64,000 nt of DNA. It comes from Chrysomallon squamiferum (lineage: Eukaryota > Animalia > Mollusca). Position 1 is the first letter of the stretch. Each line of letters starts with the position of its first letter. The notes beneath the pieces are model-generated. The model worked only from the letters and a program-made list of their open reading frames with translations, was not told the origin of the DNA and did not search any database. Below, in pieces: positions 44,301 to 55,678 of this stretch. Made by a program: the position numbers and the translations under genes. The stretch spans positions 558,001 to 622,000 of the forward strand of contig CM022670.1 of the NCBI GenBank assembly GCA_012295275.1, read 5' to 3'.

Positions 44301-44468
44301 TCAAGTGCTATTTACCTGTGATATCAAAGACTTGTTGCAGTTCTGATTCTCTGATTTCTTAACAAACTGCAGAGCTTCATCAAAAGTCTTGAAAGCTTTG
44401 AATCTTGAGCCTGGATGTTCCTTAGCAACAGCAAATGCTGCCATTTTCTCAGCAAAAACAAGCTTCTC

Positions 44469-44511
<43 letters not shown>

Positions 44512-45650
44512 TAGGAAGGTGAAACAGCTTTGATTACAACTTACACTTTCAATTTTCTCAAAATTACGAAAGTCACTAGTATTCCAAAATAATAAAAATG
44601 CATTATTTTTTTTAATTATTACTATTATTTTTAGTTATTAGTTTATTAACAAAAACATTTTTAGCTAGTGATTTCACATGTAATTGTCATTTATATATAA
44701 TTATGTTATATAGCCATAATGGAATTTCAGAAAAGATTTGGTATGATCCAACTTGTTCAGTGGAACTTCACAGGGGTTAAACTAAATTTTTTTTTTTTTT
44801 TTTAAATATCCATAACAAAACAGTTTACTTGGTACAATAAAGATCAAATATAAGTGATTTTCTTATTTTCTTAGTAATACAAAAGTGTTCAAAATTTATG
44901 ATTAACATTGATAATTGTCAGTATTTTAATGTTATATCAATAAATGGCTTTTTTTTCTTCTTTTTTTTTTTGTACTAATATGATAAAAGAGCTACAGAAA
45001 CTTTTCTTTCAGTATTAATTATTATCTAGTATCTGATTAATAATAATATATATCTCAAGGACAAAACATTAATAATGCATTAATTTTTTGTAAAATTAAT
45101 GTATCATTTGTATGTTAGTGGTCTACACTATTTTTTGTTCATATCATATTTGTTTTATTTTTATCTTTATTTATTAAGTATCTTGTAAATACCTTACACT
45201 TTTACAGCACACAATGACAATGAGCCCTTCAAAATTGTGTCAACTATCATCATCATGTATCATTGTATGTGAAAGCAAAACATAATCAAAATCTGTCACT
45301 GTGTTCTAGTGAAAATTTGATTACTTACCATCTGGCAGATTATGCATTTTTGTTGCTTCGTCACTGGCCAGTAATATACCGTAATATATACACGGAACAT
45401 CGTCTTTGATAATATTTATATCATTCGCTTTTTCCGGCACTTGTTTTGTTTCCGAACTTTTACTTTCAATTTGAACATCATTTCCGGAGACATCACCATA
45501 CTTTTCTTTATAAATTAGATTGGCAAGTTTCTTTTGAAATAATATTTTAGTAGTTGCTGTAACTGGACCAATTTTGTGCCCTCTGTTAATTAACTGCTCT
45601 CTCAATTCTGCTATCGTTAATGTTTTTACTGAACTTAATACATCTTCCAT
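29791..45650 (-). CDS. ANKLE2: Ankyrin repeat and LEM domain-containing protein 2 (~1087 aa)
   Basis: Exons 45650-45329, 44467-44316, 43921-43736, 43242-43048, 42633-42511, 34209-34143, 33877-33708, 33329-33211, 32542-30926, 30471-30340 and 29971-29791 join in frame (3264 nt). LEM domain (LTIAELREQL..GPVTATTKILFQKKLA), Caulimovirus-like domain (GSRFKAFKTFDEALQF), WSNPRYLVSSGDTPVILHEG.RYNALH, ankyrin SPLHFASKFG, DKGLERIGRQLA and PWLEYWEFL are ANKLE2 signatures. Confidence 0.93.
35000..35013 (+). promoter_or_regulatory. RFX X-box inside ANKLE2 intron 5
   Basis: GTAACT-AT-GGCAAC is a close match to the X-box consensus and lies about 340 nt upstream of a candidate plus-strand first exon. Confidence 0.55.
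35350..35431 (+). CDS. Candidate alternative first coding exon (MDACGGQGGDDEGRRMNGSMEMIHVDP), probably of VSP/TPTE
   Basis: GC-rich open stretch from ATG 35350 to the consensus donor CAG|GTAAGG (35431/35432), phase 1, compatible with the phase-1 acceptor at 47421. Confidence 0.45.
38813..39095 (+). repeat. ~32-bp degenerate minisatellite, ~9 copies
   Basis: Consensus TACTTGATATATTTGATTACAAAGTATTGATA within ANKLE2 intron 5. Confidence 0.9.
43958..44327 (-). repeat. 23-bp minisatellite, ~16 copies, spanning the ANKLE2 exon 2 donor
   Basis: Plus-strand unit GTGTTATTTACCTGTGATATCAA; on the gene strand TTGATATCACAG|GTAAATAACAC. Confidence 0.97.
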
Positions 45651-46056
45651 TTTGAAAGAGCATCTGCTGGTGCCATTTCCTTGTTCAAATATAAGATAAA
45701 TTCTGATTGGATGTTTCTATATCATAACTATACTATTAGTAAATAGACATATTCTAATTTAAAAGATAAGTAACATGTGAAAACTTTGACCACAACGATA
45801 ATCAGTACTCAGCTATATTATTTATCTTTCACTATGGTGTAAATAAAAAAAAATGTTATAAAAAGTAAACAATTTATTTATTAAACAGACTAATTCGCGC
45901 CGAAATATCATCAAATCTTAGAGCAATAGAATGCACATAATTCGAGTGTTCATTGTTTTAAAGAATATAGACATATGCATAATTAATTAACAAGGCTTTT
46001 TTTCCCCTTTTTTTCTTCACTAGTTGTAACAAAGTACTAAAAGAAAGGTGATTTTC
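45651..46056. promoter_or_regulatory. Probable bidirectional promoter between ANKLE2 and VSP
   Basis: Locally CpG-retaining. CHR-like TTTGAA (minus, 45689-45684), CCAAT box (minus, 45710-45706) and E2F-like TTTCGGCGCGAA (minus, 45905-45894). Confidence 0.5.
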
Positions 46057-47181
46057 ATGATGTCGCTTGAAAATGAAACCAGATGTACTGAAAAGGAAGA
46101 AGTTGAATATACTGAAATACCCCAGAAAGGTTTAACACAATAGTTTATCTGCGTGAACTAACAATTTGGCACAAAACTCAATATCAGTATTTGTTTACAT
46201 TAATAGTTATAATAATAATATTATTAATATGTTTTCATTTCCTAATTTGTATTCTGTGCTTTATTTTATTAGATATTTAGTTTCAAAACGGTACACGCTA
46301 TGAATTTAATTTATCAGTTTAAAATATTATCTTAAGTACATATATATGCATTATTCACTTTTTACGTGAGACTGTATTAACTGGTTTATTGAACTGTTAT
46401 TAAGTACGGCAGCTATCTGCTTGTAGATTAATTACTAGTCATAGTTCTGCTTATTCTGTTCTGACTTCACAAACAACTGCTGGTAATGTATCTTTGTTGT
46501 GACTAGTTGATAGTGTTGAACTAACTCAGTGTGAACGTTGAAATAGTCACAGGCACATAATAAATTTCACATCGTTCCATAACCACTTTACTATTGCCAA
46601 CAGAAAGCTTTAATTATGAATAAATATATGTAACTTGTCCAATAGTTAATATTACTGAATGCAAACAGCCAATGGTTTTTGTCTTTACAAATAATTTAAC
46701 CCTTTACCTGCATACGGCTTGCTGTCTTCGTGTTTACATCGTATATTGTTTATGTTGTTTGTTTGTTGTTGTTTTTTTGTTGTTTTTTTTTTCAATTATT
46801 TATTTTTCTCTTAAACATGGTTCAAGGATTTTCTAAGTAAGTGTGGATTTATATTAAAACGCAGACATAGCTTGACAAGTATTTCATTTACGTGTAGAAG
46901 CTTCAGAAGGTGTACTATGTAACAATACCTGCGGGAACCGCCCCCTTACACCTTATGTTTTCAAGCACTTGAAATAGCTGCAGCTTTTTAGATGGTTATA
47001 ATCAGAATTAAAGTTGTATTATGTTATAACAATTTACGAAAGCAATCCATGAAAACAAAAATAAGATTATTAAAAAAAAAATTAAATATTTTTACCAATG
47101 AATAGTGTATATGTGAACAATATTAAATATAATTAAGTGTCTTCAGAAAATATATCATTCAAAGTAACTCAGTATATTTGA

Positions 47182-47253
<72 letters not shown>

Positions 47254-47322
47254 CTGTCTTTGGCTATTTCCTTATGTGAGTGGGTATAAATAAATAAAAT
47301 ATATGTATGCATGTGTGTGTGA

Positions 47323-47354
<32 letters not shown>

Positions 47355-47443
47355 AATCACACACACATATATGTATACATATATTTTATTTATTTATTTA
47401 TTTATTTATTTTTTAAATAGATGATTTCGAGCACAAAGATCAT

Positions 47444-50400
47444 ATGATAATGCCATCATACAGGAAGTTTAAGGATGACAGTGATGACACTGATGATGTT
47501 GTTGAATCTGAGAAAGGGGACCAAAGCTCTACAACGGAAAGCCCAGTACAGATTAGAAAAAGTTACATGGACTCAGGTCAAGTGAAGATCTACATTACAG
47601 ATCAGAACCAGGAAGTAAAAGAATATATAGAGGATCCTGCAGGAAATCCTTATGCATCCAAAACCAAACTTCAGTAATATTTCAGACTATACATGTTGTG
47701 TGTGTTGTTGTGTCAATACATATTTGTGTGACATACGTAGAACATACCCTTACTGGTATACATATACACAACACATACATGTAATATATGGGTATGCATA
47801 CATATATACAGACATATATACCTCATAAACAAATTTATCCACATATTCTCATATTTATATATGTGCATGTTGGTGTATATATATAATTATTTGTACATGA
47901 ATATGTATATGGATGTATATATTTGTATGTCAAAATGTATATATATATGCCTGCATGTATTGCATCTGTGTGTGTGTATGTATATATATATATATATGTA
48001 AAGATGTAAAGATATATTAAAACATAAACACAAAACATACACATACATGCATAAAATATTATACAGTTATGTGTATTATCATGCATATAGTGTGTGACTG
48101 GAAGTGAATTATTTTTTTCACTAAATAAAGATATAAAGACTGTTAAATTAACTTTACTATTATTATTCTTTTTAATTACCTATTCACTTTAACATTTAAT
48201 AATGTTTATAAATTTTGTTATTCAGATCTCTTCAAAGTACAGTGAGTTATTTTGTCGACAACCTAATATTTCGGGCCATCACAGTTCTTCTGATTTTACT
48301 CGATTTCATCCTTGTCGTCATAGATCTGTCTAGGAACAGCTGTGCAGATGAGGACAGTGTGATGGAGATAACCTCTTACGTGATCATCTCATTCTTCGTT
48401 TTGGAAGTGTCGGCCAGAATATTCTGTCAAGGGTGAGAGAGTTGGAGGTTATCTTTTCTGCTGAAATTTAGAAATTTAGAAATCTGACCAGTGTCAGATA
48501 TAAAATGTTGTTCTGAGCAACTGACTCTATATGGCTTAGCTGGAATTATGGCTAATTTTTATAATTTTGAATTTTATAAATAGGCCAATTCATTTTCTAA
48601 CTAATATTTCTTAGCATAAAAAACTGAATTCAGCATAAAAGTGAAATGGTATAATTTAATGGGTGTGGTACATATAACAAAAATTGCCATGCATTATTTA
48701 TATTTTGTTTTTTTAAGGCATTGAACACCGCTCAAAAAACCAACAAAAAACACCAAAACAAATCATAATTAAACAATAAATATGGATTTATAATCAAGGG
48801 GAATAATTCATATCAGAATTATATTGAGAAAGATAACTAGTCGATACTTATAAATAAATGTTTATTTTTTTATAATTTTACATATAAAATTCATTATTTC
48901 CCATTATTTTTCTTTCTTTTGTTAATGTTATTGTTATTATTATTATTATCATTATTATTTTCTTTCTTTCTTTTTTTAAAATTTTTATTATTTTGCAGAT
49001 TGCAGTTTTTTAAAAGTGTACTTGACATTCTTGATATGGCAGTGGTCTTCATTTCATTTGTTATTGACATAGTTTTTATTGCCATCGAGACAGAAAAGGT
49101 TTGCAAAGAATCAAAAGGAGCTGACTATGCAAAGTAATTTATTTATTTATTTATTTACCTTAAAGTTCTATTCAGATTTTATTAATGTGACTGAATTTTG
49201 TACGGGTGTATATTTGTGCTTATGTCTGTATATATATGTACAAAGATATGTATGAACATATGGATGTGTGTGTGAGTGTGTTTGTGTGTGTCTATGTGTT
49301 TATTTATGTTGATAAAATGTATTTTCAAATGTAAAATTCAATGCTTCAGGTTGGTTGTGGTTGGTCGAACTGTTCGAATTATTCGGATTGCACGAATAAT
49401 TTACCTGATGATTCTTCAGCACAGACAGGTTACCAAGGCAACAAGAAAAATTATTTCACAAAACAAACGCCGATATCAAAAAGATGGATTTGATCTTGAC
49501 TTATGTTACATTACAGGTAGGCTTAAAAATAATTTAGTTTTGAAATAATAATAACAATAATTAATTTTTTAAATAATTAGTATAATTCAATTCCAAAATT
49601 ATAATAATTTAGTTTTAAAATTACATGTATAAAAATAATTTAATTTTAAAATAATTTAGTTTTTGTAACATTAATAATAATTTAGTTTCAACACAAGAAA
49701 TATAATAATTTTTAAAATTTGTATCTTAGTAAACTTTCAAACCACTTTTGGGGAAATAAGAATAGTATATTTTCAGGCTGGCTATTTTTGTAAAAAACGT
49801 TTAACATTATTTCTTTCCAGGAAGAGTAATAGCAATGTCATTTCCATCAAAGGGTTTCATGGCATTTTACAGAAATCCAGTTGAGGTAAGTCTGATTTTC
49901 CACTTCTTGAGACATACTGAAATTTCCAAATCTAATTTTCCAGATTTAACAACATACTGAAATTTCCAAATCTAATTTTCCAGATTTGACATTATTTTGA
50001 AACTAATTATATTCAAATTATTCACATTTAATGATGTACTGAAACTTACAAATCAAATTATCCAGATTTAACTATGTACTAAAATTTCCAAATTTAATCA
50101 TAGAGATAAAATGATGTACTGAAATTTCCAAATCAAGTTATCCAATTTATTGTTACTGAAAATTCAGTGTCTAATTATAAAATCCAATGGTTTTGTGTTT
50201 TATTTTCATTTTTCAGGAAGTTGCTCGGTTTTTCAAAACAAAGCATCCAGATCATTTTCGTATTTATAATTTGTGCAGTAAGTAGAAAGTGATCATTAAT
50301 TAACCAATTCATTAATTTATTATTTATTTATTTATATATTTGTGTTTTTTGTGTCTGAGTGTATTATATGTGTGTGAGTGCATTTTTGTGTGTGTGTGTG

Positions 50401-52806
50401 TGTGTTATGTACAATAACTACTAGAATATATGTTAATAGTAAATGTCTAAGTGCATGAAGATGTCTTTTTTACTATATATGTTAAAAATATACATAAATT
50501 ATAGATATATAATATACAGACACATGGAATCCCTCATATACAAAGATAGGACATAATTTGGTTATTTAAATTTCAGGTGAACGAGATTATGATGAATCTT
50601 TATTTAACAACAATGTGTACAGAGTTTACATAGATGACCACAATGTACCCACAATGAGGTAAAATTCACCAGTGATTTTAAAATTCCTTTCTTATACCTG
50701 TGAAAATTGGAGACAGCATGTGAAATAAATTTGTTTTAATTTAATATTTTGTAAATAAAGAAACAAAACGAATCAAACTGCCATTTCCAAAAGTTAATAT
50801 TTTCTTTTTCTCTATAAATTTGTCCTTATTTCTGACTCTGTCTCTTTCATACATATATGCACACACACACACACAGTGATATATATATATGTACATATAT
50901 ACACACAGAAAACTACACATTCACATACATGCATATACATATCAAAACAAACACAAAATACATAGACGCTGCTTAACAGTACACCTTTAGACACACCCAA
51001 AACTCACACCCCAACCACATACATACACAATTCAAAATAAGATCAGATACAAACGTATTATGAAACAGTACATAATAACAAATCAAAACTGTTGACAGTG
51101 ATATGCTGGAGTTTACAAAAGATGTGCGGGACTGGATGGCAGCAAACAAACAGAATATTATTGCTGTTCACTGTAAAGGGGGAAAAGGCAGAACAGGGAC
51201 AATGATCTGTATCTGGCTTATTGACTGCGGACTGTTTGAAGAGGCTGAGGTAAGTTTGATATTTCACTTCACTGTTTGAAATTATGTAGGTTAAATTAAT
51301 TTTAAAAAAAAAAAAATTTGTTTCATTTGTTTATTTTAATCAGTATTTATTTTATTATATCTGTTTTAATTATTATTTTATTAATTATTTTATGATTGTT
51401 TTTATTCACTAGTTATAATGAACATATTTATTCATTCATTTACCGATATATTTATTAAATCTCTCACTCTATCCCACCCTCTTCCTCTAATATGTTTTTT
51501 TTTAAATTATTTTATTTAAAACATATATATTGTTTAACCAGATATAAATATGTATATATACTGTTTCTTATTTTGTAACAACAGGAGAGTTTAACTTATT
51601 TTGGGGACCGCAGGACAGATCTCAGTGTGGGTAAATCATTTCAGGGTGTGGAAACGCCCAGTCAGGTGTGTAAAATTAATATATATATATTAAAATTATT
51701 CTTGAAATTAAAACATTTTATTTACTGATTTAAAGCACTTTTGAAAATCTTATTTATACAAAATATGATCTTAGCAATGATTTGAATTACATTATATATT
51801 TTGTTATATATTTTCTTCAGAAGATGAATATGTGTGTTTGTTATGCATTCTAAAATAAAAATAAACAATTTCAGTTTATCAGAATTGTATCAATAATATT
51901 ATATTAATATTAAAATTTAAAAAAAAAAAAGAAAAAAAAAAGACAATTACTCTGTTATTCTGTGTTTTATATATATATACACAGGTACACTTAAAAAATG
52001 TATGAAATTCCATACTACATTGATTAAAAAAAAAAAATTGTTTTGGATTCTGTTTTGTTCATATTTCAGAGTCGATATGTTGGTTACTATGAAAAGTTGA
52101 AAAATGATTATAATCGAGAACTGCCACCCAAAACATATCTCAAAATAACCTCAGTGAAGATAGAGGCTATTAATGGTCAGTATGTTAGTATTAACTATTT
52201 AACAGAAGGCTGTTGTAATTAGGATTTTGTTATGTTATATATAGAACAGTATAGAGGAAGGCTGTTAGAACTTAGTATGTTAGTGTTAACACATCAATAA
52301 CTATTTAAGAGGATATAATTAGCATGTTGATAAGCTATATACAGAACAGCACAGAAGAAGACTGTGATATATATTAGTTACGTACCGTTGCATAGCTAAA
52401 GGCTGTTAGAGATTAATATGTTAGTATTAACATATCTGTAGCTGTTTATGAGTAGGCTATTAAAGTTAGCATGTTATATGTATAACTGTACAGATGAAGA
52501 CTGTATGTAAATTATGTACAGAGTTGAATTAGTGAAGGCTACATGTTAGCTTGTTAGTAAGTTATGTCAAGAATTGTATAGCTGAAAGCTGTTAGAAGTT
52601 AGTATGTTGGTTTGTTGTTTATGTCCTGGTAATGTTTTTTATTCAAAATTATATATCTTTCTGTTTAAAGTATTTTTATAAGTTTATTTTATATATGTTT
52701 TTGTTATTATAGAAGAAACTTGAAAATCAGTTACTGAAATTTCTTATTACATATTATACATATTATTATACATATAATAAATATTATTATTATTATTATT
52801 ATTATT

Positions 52807-52839
<33 letters not shown>

Positions 52840-53720
52840 ATTATTGTTGTTGTTGTGGTTGTTATTTGTCTCTTTTAATTTAATTTTAATTTATATATAA
52901 ATAATATTATTCAAAAATATTTATGGTTTTTATTTTAGTTATTCCTTCTTATTTATTGAGTAAATATTTCAATCATAGTTTTATACTAATTTATTTATTT
53001 ATTCAGAATAGATGTGTGTTACTTTACTGAATCAGCTCTGCATGTTAACTATTTTCAGCTATTTTTAACAGGTGTAGGTAATGGAGATGGTACAGATCTG
53101 TCTATGGAGATTTGGGCTGCAGGCCTGCTTCTGTTTGAATGTAATTTTGGGAGTAACACTAATTGTCAGGTATATCAAAATTAAAAGGACTAAGAACATG
53201 TTTTTTCTGGTTTTTAAAGTTTCATCACAGCTATTTTAAATTCTTTGCAATGAGTTTATTTTCTAAACTGTATCTATTTTCTGTTATTTGTATATTTTAA
53301 AAATTAAACAGTATTTATTTTTTATTGTTTACAACAACAAACAATAAATAATAAATACTGTCTAACTAGATAGTAAATGACACATTATTATTAAATAAAT
53401 AATATTAATTTTAATGATATTAATAATAATAATTTTAATGATATTAATAATATTAATTTTAATAATGTTTAAAGTTGTTTGTTTTATGATATTTTTCTTT
53501 TCTTGATATATGTAACATCAAAAAACAGAAAATAGATACAACTTAATATGTTTAATTAATATAAATTATACAAATTTGGAGTAGGCAAAAAAAAAAAAAT
53601 AATAATAAAAAAAGTAAGACATGCCAAAAACAATTTCTTTTCAAACTGGTACCAGTTGATTAAACTTGTCAAATATTTTATTTATTTATTTACCTGATTA
53701 ATTAATTTAATGTAATGTAT

Positions 53721-53751
<31 letters not shown>

Positions 53752-55172
53752 TTTGTAGCTGATAAATTACAAAGACACTGACAGTATTGTTGTTACTTTA
53801 CAAAACAGTCCTCGACTGGAAGGTGACATCAAAGTGATGTTCCAGTCTTCAAATGTAAGTTAATAAGTAAAACATATGTCACACTGGCTTATAATACAGG
53901 TGTATAAGACAGAATATATGATACAGGTATACAGTAAGGCATATAACAAGAAGGTGATAAAAATGTAATTTATAATAGACACACAAACTAAGTGTTTGTA
54001 ATATAGAGTAAATGTTATAAATAAACTCTAAGAAAGAGATAAATGTAAGGTATACAACATAGATATATAATATGCATATGCAATATTGGATATAAAAAAT
54101 ATGACATATATATGTGACATAGGTTTGTTATATAAATATATAAAGGCAAGTTGAAATAGGTAAAATTTTATGTATAATATATGCAGACATGTAATTCAGG
54201 TATGAAATGTAGGTATATTTATAAAACTGGAAAGTAATATATGTTGTATTATAAGATGTGTAAGATATAGGTGTCTAAAAGGTATATATACATAGCATGT
54301 ATGTTTAAAAACTTATATATATTCTTTATTATACAAGCAAAAAAACACAGGTATAAAATACAAATACATATATATGATATAAATCAGTTTTCAGTTGTAT
54401 TTTAGAGTTAAAATAATTTTTGCTTATGCAGAAACATGAAATAATTATTTACATACATATATATATACAGAAAAGTATTGGAGTAGTCAGTTGTATTTCA
54501 CAGAGTTGAAATAATTTTTGGTTACATATACAGATATATAAATCAGGAAAGTACTGGGTATTGTTTTAATTTACAGTGTTAAAATAATGTTTCATTATAT
54601 ATATAATACAGAAAAGTAGCAGTTAAAATATTTTTTTTATTTTCAGCCTCATCTTCCTAAAGGATATGACAAGTGTCCTTTTTATTTCTGGTTCCACACA
54701 GCTTTTATTGAAGACAACATGTAACTAGCAACACACCTTTTTGTTTTACTTGTTACTGGTTACCAGTCTTTGCTAATAATTAAGGATAATAATAAAATAA
54801 AATAAAAAGCTTGTGAGAATATGGAGACTGGATGAAATGAACAAAACAAGGATAAATTTATTTTAAAACATCTTAACTGTAATAAATTTTACTTTTATTT
54901 GAGGCATAGTTTAAAATTATTGTGATAAGTAGTTTTTTTTATATTCTTTTAAATTTCACACAAAACATGGATTTTTGATCAGTGAGTATGTGTATAATAG
55001 AACTTTATAACACAGGGGTTAGTGTTACTGTGATGTGTTTTACAGGTTATATCTTACAAGGCAGGAGTTGGACAATCCACATAAAAAGAAGGTTGCTCAC
55101 ATCTTTAGAGAGAACTTTTCTGTTGAACTACAATTTGAAAGTGCAACACCTCCCAGATTGTGGTATTTATAA
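47444..55172 (+). CDS. TPTE: Voltage-sensing phosphoinositide phosphatase (VSP/TPTE family, ~559 aa from Met 47444)
   Basis: Exons 47421/47444-47673, 48226-48432, 48999-49133, 49350-49516, 49821-49885, 50217-50277, 50577-50658, 51099-51249, 51585-51665, 52070-52175, 53072-53169, 53759-53854, 54647-54720 and 55046-55172. S1-S4 with S4 [12 protein letters not shown]; linker [16 protein letters not shown]; IDDHNVP; active site HCKGGKGR (VSP type, versus HCKAGKGR in PTEN); GVETPSQ; C2 domain CPFYFWFHT and ELDNPHK. Confidence 0.93.
49886..50150 (+). repeat. 40-bp minisatellite, ~6 progressively degenerate copies, starting at a VSP donor
   Basis: Unit CATACTGAAATTTCCAAATCTAATTTTCCAGATTTAACAA; in-register TCT(G/A)ATTTTCCA at 49891, 49931 and 49971. 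Confidence 0.85.
52163..52612 (+). repeat. Old degenerate tandem repeat spanning a VSP donor
   Basis: The motif AGGCT(A/G)TTA..(G)TTAGTATGTTAG recurs near 52163, 52205, 52257, 52399, 52453 and 52585. Confidence 0.65.
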
Positions 55173-55340
55173 TTTTTTAAATTTTTATTTGTTTATTTAT
55201 TTATCTTTTTAAACGCTTTTAAAGATATAAAAGTAGTAACTGCTTAAATTTTTTGTTTTTTATTTCATTTTAATCCATTTCAAAAAATTTCTGAATTTTA
55301 AAGATCTGAGATGTTTTTAATTTATTATTACTGGTATATA

Positions 55341-55678
55341 CAGTCAAAATTCAATAATTCAAACTAAAAGGGGTTAGCAAAATAAAAAACACACATTTGA
55401 GATTTTGACATAAATACACACACTTTATCAATGACCCCATCGTTCAGTATTTATTAATGGAAACAACAGCTTGACCATTCCAGCACTTGATGTTGTTGAA
55501 GGCTAATTTCAGTTAAAACATTGGTCTTGGACCATAAAATGACCTTGAGGAATAGGGTTTTTTGACTTAACAACATTCAAATGTCAAAGGTCATTATTAC
55601 TAACTAACGCAGAAGCTAGGCCTGGACCAGACTTTCATTTTGATAGATCAAGATTGTTGAGATATTGAAGTTTGACAT
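55341..55678. mobile_element. Degenerate TA-flanked MITE (Tc1/mariner-pogo-like)
   Basis: Left end TA-CAGTCAAAATTCAATAATTCAA; reverse complement of the right end TA-ATGTCAAACTTCAATATCTCAA (19/24 match including the TA); no ORF. Confidence 0.6.

Noticed and set aside
43958-44327. CRISPR-like appearance of the 23-bp array (also the 49-bp and 21-bp arrays) and ORF 44027-44362
   Set aside because: Units are head-to-tail with no unique spacers, the context is eukaryotic and intronic with no cas genes, and the ORF is a by-product of the repeat.
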